A stretch of 64,000 nt of DNA, from assembly GCA_046050355.1 (NCBI GenBank), contig JBJOPW010000001.1:67858-131857 (forward strand), in the 5' to 3' direction. This document shows positions 1 through 9,275 of this stretch, piece after piece. Position 1 is the first letter of the stretch. The number at the start of each line of letters is the position of its first letter. The notes beneath the pieces were generated by a model. The model made no database searches. It saw only the letters and a program-made list of their open reading frames with translations, and was not told the DNA's origin. This stretch comes from Candidatus Parcubacteria bacterium (GTDB lineage: Bacteria > Patescibacteriota > Minisyncoccia > Phycocordibacterales > UBA918). Both the position numbers and the translations under genes were made by a program.

Positions 1-1117
1 CTCGGCAGGCGGAAACCGAACTCAACGAGCGTGTCCTTGCGACTACGGTCGCCCGCATACATACCGCCAATCTGGGGCAAGGTGACGTGTGACTCGTCTA
101 CAATGGTGAGGAAGTCTGGTGTGCCATCTTCCTTATGCGGGAAGTAGTCGAGGAGTGTATAGGGGGCCTCACCGGGCTTGCGACGGTCAAAGTGGCGCGA
201 GTAGTTTTCGATACCATTGCAGTACCCTACTTCGCGAATGAGTGCGAGGTCGTGCTCGGTGCGACGACGAAGACGCTCAGCTTCGAGAATTTTGCCGTCT
301 TTCTTGAACTGTTCGAGCTGGAGCTGCAGTTCGAGTTTGATATCTTCGTAGGCCACTTTGCGTTCATCATCGGGTGAGACGAAGTGTTTGGCCGGAAAGA
401 GGAAAAAAACCTCGGGCTCTTCAATAATGGCACGGGTAATACTATCAATCTTCGTGATACCAGAGACGGTGTTTCCATCAAAACCAAGGCGGTAGATGGC
501 CCGTTCGTTGGTTGGCATGATCTCGATAGTATTACCAACGGCACGAAACTGTCCTGGTGTCAGGTCGGCATTAGTACGCTCAAAATAGAGATCAATGAGC
601 GTACGGAGCATATCAGCGCGGGTGGTACTGTATCCCTTTCCTATCTTGAGGTGCTTCTTTTTATATTCTGCTGGCGAACCAAGACCATAGATACACGACA
701 CCGACGCCACAATGATCACATCGCTCCTCGTGAGAAGTGCTTGGGTTGAAGCGTGACGGAGGCGGTCGATTTCTTCGTTGATCTGTGCTTCTTTCTCGAT
801 ATAGGTATCACTCGTCGGCATGTAGGCCTCCGGTTGGTAGTAGTCGTAGTACGAGACGAAGTAGTGCACAGCATTATTTGGAAAAAAGTCCTTGTATTCT
901 TGTGCCAGCTGCGCCGCGAGGGTCTTGTTGTGCGCAATGACGAGGGTGGGCTTTTGAATCTGCGCAATCACATTCGCTCCCGTGAAGGTCTTACCCGAAC
1001 CAGTGACACCAAGGAGTGTCTGGTGCCGCAACCCACCACGAACACCCGCCACCAGCCGCTCTATGGCTTTTGGCTGGTCTCCGGCAGGAGTCTTTTCGGT
1101 TGAGAGTTCAAATTGCA
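1..1117 (-). CDS. uvrB: Excinuclease ABC subunit B (UvrB), N-terminal ~370 aa; the gene continues past the window start
   Basis: Own translation of the minus strand from ATG (complement of 1115..1117): MQFELSTEKTPAGDQPKAIERLVAGV...LLGVTGSGKTFTGANVIAQ (Walker A)...NAVHYFVSYYDYYQPEAYMP (classic UvrB signature). Absent from the ORF track because it runs off the window edge. The plus-strand ORFs 135..377, 384..749 and 753..1103 are antisense artefacts of it. Confidence 0.85.
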
Positions 1118-1159
1118 TGTATACGAGTATACCGTGCTACAAACAATTTAAAAAGCACA

Positions 1160-1182
1160 AAGACGAGGTCTTGCCTCGTCTT
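1160..1182. repeat. REP-like palindromic element (AAGACGAGG-TCTTG-CCTCGTCTT) just upstream of the RAYT gene
   Basis: Perfect 9-bp inverted repeat read directly in the sequence. The same GACGAGG...CCTCGTC core recurs at 1705..1723, 1775..1797 and 28716..28734. It sits 32 nt upstream of the IS200-like (RAYT) ORF. Confidence 0.6.
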
Positions 1183-1704
1183 TTCGAAAAGTGTTGTATA
1201 ATACTGTGAGTGTATGGCGATAAGAAAGTTTTCATTCGCACCTGACGAAATATTCCATTGCTATAACCGTGGGGTTGATAAACGAGCAGTTTTTGAAGAT
1301 AAGCAGGACTACGGGTATTTTTTAAAGTTGTTGCGATATTTTAATACATCGGCAGTGAGAGGTAATTTAAGGTCAGTAGAAAATAAAGAGCCTATAAATC
1401 CTCCAGTAACTATACTTGCCTACTGTCTTCTTCCAAACCATTATCATCTTTTAGTACGCTGTAATGATGTTGAGGGAGGTTTGTCAAAATACATGCAGCG
1501 TGTTGCAGGCGGATATACGATGTATTTTAATCAAAAGAATAGTCGATCGGGTTCTCTATTTCAGGGTAAGTTTAAGGCAAATCACGTTGATACCGATAGT
1601 TATTTACGGAACATCTTAGCGTATGTTGGGTTTAATTTTATTGTTCATGATATAAATGAAAAAAGTCTGTATCGAGCGAGCATCAATTATAAAGACGAGT
1701 TAGT

Positions 1705-1723
1705 ACGAGGTCTTGCCTCGTCC
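1705..1723. repeat. REP-like palindrome copy (ACGAGGTCTTGCCTCGTCC) inside the 3' part of the RAYT ORF
   Basis: Same core as 1160..1182, seen directly. Confidence 0.5.
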
Positions 1724-1774
1724 TTTTCAGAAGAACAAATGCTCGAAGTTATTGAAATAATAAAAGAAATGAGA

Positions 1775-1797
1775 AAGACGAGGCAAGACCTCGTCTT
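1775..1797. repeat. REP-like palindrome copy, inverted orientation (AAGACGAGGCAAGACCTCGTCTT), inside the 3' end of the RAYT ORF
   Basis: Perfect 9-bp stem with the loop in reverse-complement orientation relative to the 1160 copy. Confidence 0.5.
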
Positions 1798-1841
1798 TGA
1801 GCATGAGAAGGTGGCTGGTGTGAAGAGTGTGGAGGATATTT

Positions 1842-3098
1842 CTACTTAGCTAATAACTGCTCACGTAAATTCTTGGTGAAATTGACGATGAAGTGGAGGT
1901 TGTGGATGGAGGCGAGGTGTGGGCCGAGTATTTCTCCAGCGCGGAAGAGGTGGGCGACATAGGCCTTCGTATACTTCCCGGCTACATAGCCGGTTGAAAG
2001 TGGATCAAGGAGTGAATGATCGTCTTTATACTGCGCATTACGAAGACTGATCTTTTTGGTCTCGGGGTAGGTGAAGGTACCACAGGGGGTAGTGATCATA
2101 TTACCAGTCATCACATAGATGGTGCCAGTGCGCCCAATACGGGTCGGGGCGACACAGTCAAAGGTATCACAACCCTGGAGCACGCCCTGGACGATGTCTT
2201 CTGGCTCGCCAATACCGAGGAGATGGCGGGGTTTATCGATTGGGAGGATTTCGTTGACGACCCGGAGCGAATCACCAAGATCGTTTTTACTAAAGCTCCC
2301 ACCAATACCAAAACCATCAAAGTCCATATCGCTGAGGATACGCGCACTTTCTTGGCGCAAGTCCATAAAGCGTCCACCTTGCACTACACCGTAGAGACCT
2401 TGTTTCTTGAGCGCTTCGTAGTTTTGCTTGTGGGCCATGATACTGCGCTTCGCCCAACGATGAGTACGATCAGACGCTTCCTTTTGGTACTCGTAGTCCG
2501 CGGTGGGACTGGTACACTCATCAAAGGCGATGATAATATCAGCGCCAATGGCGTGCTGGATATCGATACTGCGTTCGGCGGTGAAGCGATGCATCGAACC
2601 GTCGAGATGTGACGTGAAGGTTACTCCTTCTTCATCGATGATACAGAGCTTGCCGTGGTCTTCAGCGAACTTTTGACTATAGACATTAAGACCCTTCTTG
2701 ACTGGGAGTTCGGTTTCGTTTTCGTCTACTTCCCCTTTGGCGAACTTCGTCACCCCTTTGCCAAAAGCGGCGCCAAGACTAAAGACCTGAAACCCGCCGG
2801 AGTCGGTCATCGTCGGTGTCGGCCACTTGGCAAATTCATTGAGGCCACCACCAGCTTTGATTACCTCATGTCCAGGCTGGAGAAAGAGGTGGTAGGTGTT
2901 CGCGAGCGTTACTTCGTTACCGACGTACTGCGTGAGATCTTCGGGCATGAGACTCTTCACACTGGCTTTGGTTCCGACCACTACAAAGGCTGGTGTATGA
3001 ATATCACCATGCGGCGTATGAATAATGCCAGCGCGGGCGAGATTGCCCTTACCTACTGCCTCGGTCTCAAACCAGACCGGTCTCGTGTTGTCAGCCAT
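1842..3098 (-). CDS. tgt: Queuine tRNA-ribosyltransferase (tRNA-guanine transglycosylase)
   Basis: ORF 1842..3191. The likely true start is the internal Met of MADNTRPVWFETEA at 3098. Motifs: GGLNEFAKWPTPTMTDSGGFQVFSLG (the TDSGG substrate-binding region) and GCDTFDCVAPTRIGRTG (the FDCV.PTR motif). The C-terminal Zn-site cysteines appear substituted (see findings). It overlaps the RAYT stop convergently by 8 nt. Confidence 0.85.
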   Translation of the reverse strand: MADNTRPVWFETEAVGKGNLARAGIIHTPHGDIHTPAFVVVGTKASVKSLMPEDLTQYVGNEVTLANTYHLFLQPGHEVIKAGGGLNEFAKWPTPTMTDSGGFQVFSLGAAFGKGVTKFAKGEVDENETELPVKKGLNVYSQKFAEDHGKLCIIDEEGVTFTSHLDGSMHRFTAERSIDIQHAIGADIIIAFDECTSPTADYEYQKEASDRTHRWAKRSIMAHKQNYEALKKQGLYGVVQGGRFMDLRQESARILSDMDFDGFGIGGSFSKNDLGDSLRVVNEILPIDKPRHLLGIGEPEDIVQGVLQGCDTFDCVAPTRIGRTGTIYVMTGNMITTPCGTFTYPETKKISLRNAQYKDDHSLLDPLSTGYVAGKYTKAYVAHLFRAGEILGPHLASIHNLHFIVNFTKNLREQLLAK

Positions 3099-3303
3099 AA
3101 TTGGTCTACTATAGCGGGAGAATCTCACTGTGGCAAACACACAAGTGACTACAAATCTGTATACGTAAAGTTGGCTCAAGCTCAAGCGCAATCAAAATGT
3201 CACCAGACGAGGAACACGAACGATGAAGTGCGAGGTGTATTAAATATACATTGGTTGCTTTCGAGTGAAGTGCAACAAAGTCTGGGGGTATTTTGGACGT
3301 GCA

Positions 3304-3849
3304 CTATTCAGCTTTAGGAGCGATTTCGAGGAGGTCGATGGCAAACACGAGGTTCGCTCCACCAGGAATTGGACCATAACCTTGGTCACCATAGCCTTTA
3401 TCAGCTGGTATGACTAAAATACGTTTTCCTCCAACTTTCATCCCCACAATTCCCTCTTCCCAACCTTTGATGACCTTGCCTTCACCAACAGTAAAGGTGA
3501 ACGGCGTACCGCGTTTGTTCGAATTATCAAATTCTTGGCCATTTTGTAAGGTCCCAATGTAGTGTACAGAAACAGTATCACCAACCTTTACCTCGGCACC
3601 CGTTCCATAAATCACGTCATCAATGATGAGTTTCGCAAGATTGCCCGTGCTATCAGCGGCATTTACGATTGCTTCACGGAGATTACCAGCCTGATCACCT
3701 TCGTCTTTTACAAACACACTACCAACCTCTGCAGTTTGTGAAGAGTTTGAAATGGCTAATGAGGTGTCGTTTTTGGTAACGAGATACAGTGCCGCGGCCA
3801 TAGCCGTTACACTGAGAGCAATTCCAGCAATTTCTACTTTTGAAAACAT
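3304..3849 (-). CDS. FKBP-type peptidyl-prolyl cis-trans isomerase, membrane-anchored
   Basis: N-terminal TM helix, then an FKBP domain: GDTVSVHYIGTLQNGQEFDNS...FTFTVGEGKVIKGWEEGIVGMKVGGKRILVIPADKGYGDQG. Confidence 0.8.
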   Translation of the reverse strand: MFSKVEIAGIALSVTAMAAALYLVTKNDTSLAISNSSQTAEVGSVFVKDEGDQAGNLREAIVNAADSTGNLAKLIIDDVIYGTGAEVKVGDTVSVHYIGTLQNGQEFDNSNKRGTPFTFTVGEGKVIKGWEEGIVGMKVGGKRILVIPADKGYGDQGYGPIPGGANLVFAIDLLEIAPKAE

Positions 3850-3907
3850 ACCACGGCAAATTAAGGTTAAGTACCATAATCATACGGCCAAACCTCAAAA
3901 TTGCAAT

Positions 3908-4978
3908 CTAATTAATTAGAATTTCTATATTTTTAGCCATTATTTGTTCTTGCAGAGCTTCATCACTCCGTGACGCTAAAGCAGCCAAAAAACTCTTTTC
4001 GTCTACTTCGGCCATCCGGCAAGGAGTGGCTTTGGCACATTGTGTATGAGGGTATAAACGCCATAATAATGCGCTGTTTGACACCTCTAAGCCAAGCACT
4101 AAACCAGTTTTAACATCCGGACTGAAATATTGATCAAAGATAAAATTACCTAATGAGTAGAAGATGGGCACGCCTTCGATATGGCCGATATCTTGTACAA
4201 CATGCGGATGATGTCCAATCACTGCGTCAACGCCATGCTTCACAAACCACGTCGCCAGGTCTTCTTGCTCGAGGTTGTGAGTGAGTTCATATTCTTCACC
4301 CCAATGAATATACACAAACTGAAAATCAGACTCCAAACTAGCTTTCTCGAGTAATGTGGTCATAACCGCACGATCGGGTGACTCAAACAATGTATGCACA
4401 CCAAGTATTGCCACTTTCGAGTCACCAAGAGAAAGAAAGGTGAGACTCGAAGAACTCACCGTCACAGCGTCACCAAACGCTACGATATTTGCTTCCAAAA
4501 GTGCTCGCTTAGCATTGATATAACCATCCATCCCGTAATCACGACTATGATTATTAGCCAGTGAGCTATGGGTTACCTGTAGTGCTTCAAGTAGTTTTAT
4601 ATGTTCTGGCTTAGTCGAAAAACGCATCTGACCACTTGGCGTCTTGATGTGTGGTGAAGCGATAGCACTCTCAAAATTGGTAACTACCGCACTACTGCTA
4701 GCAAATAATTTGAAAAAATCATACGGTTTCACAAGATTAGCATCAAGCAACTGTTCGACATGACGACCAAGCATGCTATCACCCGTAAAATAAACAGGTG
4801 GTATCGCAATTGTGCTGTCGATTTGCGCGGTTGTAGTGGTTGCACGTATTTGTTGTTCGATTACTTTGTTAGTCAGTGTGTACTCAAGTGTTGCTGTAGA
4901 CAATAACAGTAGTACTACACAAAAAAGAGTGACCCCGAGAACACTACTGAGTACGGTTGGTTTGCTTAGAGATATCAT
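3908..4978 (-). CDS. CapA/PGA_cap family metallophosphoesterase-like protein, membrane-anchored
   Basis: N-terminal TM segment. Motifs LSLGDSKVAILGV, HWGEEY and AVIGHHPHVVQ, typical of CapA (poly-gamma-glutamate capsule synthesis family, calcineurin-like fold). Confidence 0.65.
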   Translation of the reverse strand: MISLSKPTVLSSVLGVTLFCVVLLLLSTATLEYTLTNKVIEQQIRATTTTAQIDSTIAIPPVYFTGDSMLGRHVEQLLDANLVKPYDFFKLFASSSAVVTNFESAIASPHIKTPSGQMRFSTKPEHIKLLEALQVTHSSLANNHSRDYGMDGYINAKRALLEANIVAFGDAVTVSSSSLTFLSLGDSKVAILGVHTLFESPDRAVMTTLLEKASLESDFQFVYIHWGEEYELTHNLEQEDLATWFVKHGVDAVIGHHPHVVQDIGHIEGVPIFYSLGNFIFDQYFSPDVKTGLVLGLEVSNSALLWRLYPHTQCAKATPCRMAEVDEKSFLAALASRSDEALQEQIMAKNIEILIN

Positions 4979-5375
4979 GAAATACGCCAGCCTGCTCTAC
5001 ATACATGAGATAGGTCAGACCAAGCAAAACTATACTTAACGCTAGTGTTAACGACACGATAGTCTGGGCACGTTCAACTTTTTTTCGCTTCACTTCAATT
5101 TTCTCAACATCATCATTAGTAAGAGACACCTTAACGCCAAGTAAAGAGCTGATGTCTGCTGGTGTTAATCGTTCATCAGAATGAAACACCCGATGCAGCG
5201 AATCAACGTGTGTGTGTTTATTAGTTTTATTCTCTTTGAGTACCATAAGGGCTGTATCTACGTCGTTATTATCCCACCGTGCGCTAATAAGAATTGAACG
5301 GATCTCCTCGTCTGGCGCAGTTGCAGGTATCCCGTTGGCTTTTAGAATGGTTTCTACTTGTTGTCGTTCAATCAT
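4944..5375 (-). CDS. Hypothetical small protein with a C-terminal TM helix
   Basis: ORF 4944..5408. Start probably at the Met of MIERQQVE (5375), which removes the overlap with the upstream gene. C-terminal hydrophobic segment IVSLTLALSIVLLGLTYLMYV. No recognisable domain. Confidence 0.4.
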   Translation of the reverse strand: MIERQQVETILKANGIPATAPDEEIRSILISARWDNNDVDTALMVLKENKTNKHTHVDSLHRVFHSDERLTPADISSLLGVKVSLTNDDVEKIEVKRKKVERAQTIVSLTLALSIVLLGLTYLMYVEQAGVFHDISKQTNRTQ

Positions 5376-5376
5376 A

Positions 5377-6426
5377 CTAACGTTTTTTCTTAGACGGTAG
5401 CCCATCATCGGCTATGTACTGCGCATACAATTCTAGCAGGACCAGGAAAAGACTAATCATCACTGGTCCGATAATAAATCCAACCGGTCCAAATAATGAA
5501 ATGCCGCCAAGTACCGCCAGAAGTACTACAAATGGGTGAAGATTATTGCCCCGACTCATCAAATACGGACTAACAAAATTATCGATAACAACTATTGATA
5601 TTACCGCCCAAATTGCTAGGCCAAATGCACTCGATAGTTGACCAACATAGAGAAGGTAGAGCACCCCTGGGACCATAATAGCCACGGTGCCAAGACCAGG
5701 TAAAAGCGCTCCAAGCGCACCGATGGTACCCCACATAATTGGTCGCGGGATACCAAAGAAAGCAAAACCAACACCAGCAATCACACCTTGGAGTATCGCT
5801 ACAAGCACCGTACCTGTGGCTACTGAACGAATTGATCGAGCAATCTGTTCCATAATAATCTTATCTTCAGTATCCTTTAGTGGACTAACCGATACCAACC
5901 AGGCCACCAAACGCTCGCCGTCTTTAAACAAGTAAAATGATCCAAGCATGGCGATTAAGAATGTCACTACCACTGAAACTGTTCCGGCGAAAATTGTACC
6001 CAAGTTGCCGGCAAACCAAGAAGCACTTTGCCGGATCTGTTCGGAGAGATTAATATCAAAACCGGGTATGTAGTGCTGTAGTGAAGTTTCGATACCCGTT
6101 AGCATCGTATCAACCGGTAGCTGGCCCGTGCTTTCAACAGAACGGTAAAATGAGACAAATTCATTAACCAGTAGGGTTGATATAAATGATACTGGCACCA
6201 CCACCGCACTAAATACTATCAGCGTCGCTATACAAGCCGCCAAAGAACGGCGCTGTCGAGTAATATACCGTAGAATAAAGCGGTACATGGGGTAGCAAAT
6301 AATAACCGTAATTGCCGCCAAGGCTAAAGCGGTCAAAAATGGCAGTAACATAAAAACCGCTGCCAACCCGACGAGTGCTAGTGAGCTGAAGAAAAACGTA
6401 TACTCAATTATTCTGTTATGCACCAT
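5377..6426 (-). CDS. AI-2E family transporter (PerM/UPF0118)
   Basis: 349 aa and polytopic (about 8 TM helices). It contains the conserved KDGERL region (YLFKDGERLVAWL), found in AI-2E family members, followed by a TM-rich C-terminal half. Confidence 0.65.
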   Translation of the reverse strand: MVHNRIIEYTFFFSSLALVGLAAVFMLLPFLTALALAAITVIICYPMYRFILRYITRQRRSLAACIATLIVFSAVVVPVSFISTLLVNEFVSFYRSVESTGQLPVDTMLTGIETSLQHYIPGFDINLSEQIRQSASWFAGNLGTIFAGTVSVVVTFLIAMLGSFYLFKDGERLVAWLVSVSPLKDTEDKIIMEQIARSIRSVATGTVLVAILQGVIAGVGFAFFGIPRPIMWGTIGALGALLPGLGTVAIMVPGVLYLLYVGQLSSAFGLAIWAVISIVVIDNFVSPYLMSRGNNLHPFVVLLAVLGGISLFGPVGFIIGPVMISLFLVLLELYAQYIADDGLPSKKKR

Positions 6427-6493
6427 ATTGTAGTCTAACTATAGCAAAGATTTATACTGGGATTATCATATTTTAAAGCAATCCGTGTATAAG

Positions 6494-7051
6494 CTATTGT
6501 GTTTCGAGCAACTCGCGGGCTAATGACCGAATAGAATCACTTGATTGTGGTTGCCGTTCATGTCGCCACAATTCTCCTGCTCTTGTATAGAGAACCGTTT
6601 CCGGCATAGCATAACCATCAATCTCATGATAAAACTCATCAGTTGAATCAATCACCACTGTCAGGTTTGGTAATGGTGGCAAGGTAGCGAGAAACGCCTG
6701 AGCTTGGGCGGTTGACTCCCGGCGGTTGAGGGCGATAAAGGTAATGGGTTTATCTTTAAATTCGCCCGCCACTTCATTAAGGGCAATGAGTTCATCACGC
6801 GAAAGTGGGCTCCAACTAGCCCAGGTATTAACATAAATTACTCCTTCACCCACTGTCTCATTAAACTGGACAGCGACTCCATTCATATCAGTAAAACGGT
6901 TACCATTTTGTGTGTCGAGGAGGACTCGTCCAGCATCACTTTCGACTTGTCGGTGTCGGGTTACGATTTGGTACGTAAACCAAACAAGCACCAGTATTAT
7001 AACCAGTAAAACGATCAGAACTACGCTGTTTGATTGCTTTAGTCGAAACAT
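6494..7051 (-). CDS. TlpA/ResA-like thioredoxin-fold protein, membrane-anchored, with SxxS in place of the CxxC active site
   Basis: ORF 6494..7108. Likely start at MFRLKQ (7051), just before a signal-anchor. The thioredoxin-like region NTWASWSPLSRDE aligns to the WASWCxPC motif with both Cys replaced by Ser. Confidence 0.5.
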   Translation of the reverse strand: MFRLKQSNSVVLIVLLVIILVLVWFTYQIVTRHRQVESDAGRVLLDTQNGNRFTDMNGVAVQFNETVGEGVIYVNTWASWSPLSRDELIALNEVAGEFKDKPITFIALNRRESTAQAQAFLATLPPLPNLTVVIDSTDEFYHEIDGYAMPETVLYTRAGELWRHERQPQSSDSIRSLARELLETQ

Positions 7052-7052
7052 A

Positions 7053-7526
7053 CTACCCTTTACTGTACAGTTCAAATGATTCAGGTGTTTCATTAGCAGC
7101 TGCTTCAATTAAGTTTAGTTCAACTGACTTTCCCATAAATGTGGCTTTCATAACTGCTTCATTTGAAGCCGTCGCTGTGACCAGAAAGCGCTGTGGGGTA
7201 ACCACCTGAGCACAAGTCTCGCTTGTATTAGTCACCGCGAAGGCAAAGTTTATTTGTTCTGGATACGATTCTGCTACAGTTGCTGTGTATGTGAGCAAAT
7301 CACATGGGGTTGGCATTGGTATCTCACCGACAATGGTATGTACACCATTTCGATAAAAGTGCTTGGCATCTATACGAGTAATACCGTATGGATCAGCTGC
7401 TACGGGAGTCGGAACAGTAGGAGCCTCTACAATTGTGGCCTTTTTGACCAAGTACGTATACGTGAACATTCCGAGGACGATAACACCAAGGAGAATCAAT
7501 ATGAGTACTATTTCTCGTTGTCGCAT
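7053..7526 (-). CDS. Hypothetical membrane-anchored protein
   Basis: 157 aa with an N-terminal TM helix (IVLILILLGVIVLGMFTY). No recognisable domain. Confidence 0.45.
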   Translation of the reverse strand: MRQREIVLILILLGVIVLGMFTYTYLVKKATIVEAPTVPTPVAADPYGITRIDAKHFYRNGVHTIVGEIPMPTPCDLLTYTATVAESYPEQINFAFAVTNTSETCAQVVTPQRFLVTATASNEAVMKATFMGKSVELNLIEAAANETPESFELYSKG

Positions 7527-7565
7527 ATGCTAAGATTAGTGAGTAACCTCGCTACTAGTATACAC

Positions 7566-9275
7566 CTACTGGGTGAGACTGTCTGTACCCGCATAAATTA
7601 TAATCGCTTTTTCATGAGCATCAGTCTGTGCTGATAGCAGACCGGTACCTAAGGTATTTCTCAGTTGGAGCGCTAATTGTTCTTCACCGGGCGGGTATAC
7701 GACAATCGATTTTTGCTCGCTGCGACTTTCATCAATGGTAATTGCTTCAATCGCATAACCAGCCTCTTCAAGTGAGAATTTGGCTTTTGCAGCCGCACCA
7801 GCTTGACCACTAATATTTATGATGCGTATGGGTACAAGCTGTTCAGTTTTTGTTTCAGGTTTAATTTTTGTTTGCCGAAGTTTCTCATACGCAATATCTT
7901 CAGATGACAGCGTCAAACCTTCGCCGGCATTATCAACCGATACTTGATAGTGGGTAGCGTCCTTGACGATACCAAGTACTGCCAAGTAAATACCCACAAA
8001 AACTCCACAAACAACAAGTAAGCCCAGCAAAACAAAGCGGTAATCAAATACGTATCGCCAAAGCGCAGATATTTTTTGTTGTAGGCCATGACTTTGGTGC
8101 CACGAGTCAAGGATTTCTTTTGCTGATGCCCGCATCGGAGCACCAACATTCGCGTACCGTTTAACAACCATGGTCCGATCAGGTGTCTGAGCTTGTCGCG
8201 CGTGATGAGGAATGTACGGCGCTTCGTGAACATTAACACCTGATAGAGCGAGCATTCGATCTATGTATCGTCGAATAAGCCAAAGTATAATTTTTATACT
8301 GACATAAAGAATCAACAAGGTAATCAAAATTGTTGTGTACGGAATCACCCAAAAGTAGGTAGTGCTCGTTACGAATTTCTTACCTTCTTCACCATACCCA
8401 AGTGTGGCCACCGCTCGGTATCGGCCGATATCATAAACTGCCGTATCACTTGACCAGGTGAAGGTAAATTTACGAATACTGTTGGGGAGTACATTGCCAA
8501 AGTGAGTTTGGTGATTAATTGGTATAAAACCACGTTCCTTCCCCCACATATTAAATATCTTGATATCACCCTGCGGTTGTACATGGACATTTCCATCATT
8601 CTCAAAACGCATAAAGAGGGTCGCTTCAGGCGTTTGTACAATGGCTTTACTTGCCATAAATTCGCGAATATCACCAGATTCTACAACATCACCAGAAACA
8701 CGAACAAAAAAGAGCGAGGTTACAAATTGAGCAGTTTGTACTTGCGACAGTGTTTCGCCATCGTGAGGAGGTTTGGTACCAACCAGGATGGCAGCATAGT
8801 GTCCGCCCGGAGCTGCCTGCTCGGGAATACGGACCGAAATAGGGATCTCAGCCGTTGCTTGTGGTGGTATGATGACCGGGTCAGCGGGAACAGTTATCCA
8901 CTCTGCCAATGTCTGCCCCTGTGTTTCTTCAGCAAAAATGGGAATAAGATCACCACGACCGTCTTCGCCAAGGGGCGCGAAATTTACTGGCTGCGGATAA
9001 ACTGTTAATGGATAATCATTTACATTGACCACCCGTAGCTGGCTTGTCCAACTCTGACTGGGATTCGCTTGCATCTCGAATAATGTCGGAGACACTGACA
9101 GCGTTTGCGACTCTTCTAGACCCTGTGCCGCTACAATGAGAGGACAGATAAACAACGCCAGCAAAAAGGCATATCGGTGCTTAATTTTTTTTAAGATTGA
9201 TGTCATGGTCTTTAAGATCAGTATGCACACCATCACGAACATAAACGGGTAACGACTCATTATCTCCAGGTTCAT
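7566..9275 (-). CDS. Surface/membrane protein with an N-terminal extracellular beta-rich domain, two TM helices and a C-terminal LytR_C-like domain
   Basis: Signal peptide (alternative start MTSILKK at 9206). The extracellular domain is paralogous to 9181..10167 (shared ...PLGEDG..., PQG.I.I....G.E, G.Y.A...LGYG...TILI.L). TM helices near residues 300 and 400. The C-terminus IRIINISGQAGAAAKAKFSLEEAGYAIEAITIDESRSEQKSIVVYPPG resembles the LytR C-terminal domain. Confidence 0.5.
   Translation of the reverse strand: MNLEIMSRYPFMFVMVCILILKTMTSILKKIKHRYAFLLALFICPLIVAAQGLEESQTLSVSPTLFEMQANPSQSWTSQLRVVNVNDYPLTVYPQPVNFAPLGEDGRGDLIPIFAEETQGQTLAEWITVPADPVIIPPQATAEIPISVRIPEQAAPGGHYAAILVGTKPPHDGETLSQVQTAQFVTSLFFVRVSGDVVESGDIREFMASKAIVQTPEATLFMRFENDGNVHVQPQGDIKIFNMWGKERGFIPINHQTHFGNVLPNSIRKFTFTWSSDTAVYDIGRYRAVATLGYGEEGKKFVTSTTYFWVIPYTTILITLLILYVSIKIILWLIRRYIDRMLALSGVNVHEAPYIPHHARQAQTPDRTMVVKRYANVGAPMRASAKEILDSWHQSHGLQQKISALWRYVFDYRFVLLGLLVVCGVFVGIYLAVLGIVKDATHYQVSVDNAGEGLTLSSEDIAYEKLRQTKIKPETKTEQLVPIRIINISGQAGAAAKAKFSLEEAGYAIEAITIDESRSEQKSIVVYPPGEEQLALQLRNTLGTGLLSAQTDAHEKAIIIYAGTDSLTQ

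Larger units (their letters stand above)
1214..1849 (+). mobile_element. IS200/IS605-family Y1 (HuH) transposase, REP-associated tyrosine transposase (RAYT)-like
   Basis: 211-aa ORF. N-terminus FHCYNRGVDKRAVFEDKQDYGYFLKLL matches the RAYT/IS200 TnpA N-terminal pattern. HuH motif PNHYHLLV is present, and a downstream Tyr region (LRNILAYVGFNF). The ORF is markedly more AT-rich than its neighbours. REP-like palindromes flank it and lie within its 3' end. Confidence 0.65.

Noticed and set aside
135-1103. Plus-strand ORFs 135..377, 384..749, 753..1103 (and minus-strand 227..544, 716..967 in other frames)
   Set aside because: They are antisense or out of frame relative to a well-supported UvrB coding sequence on the minus strand (1..1117) and have no domain signatures.
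2016-2612. 198-aa plus-strand ORF inside tgt
   Set aside because: Antisense to the clearly conserved tgt reading frame. Gly/Thr-rich composition, typical of the reverse strand of coding DNA.
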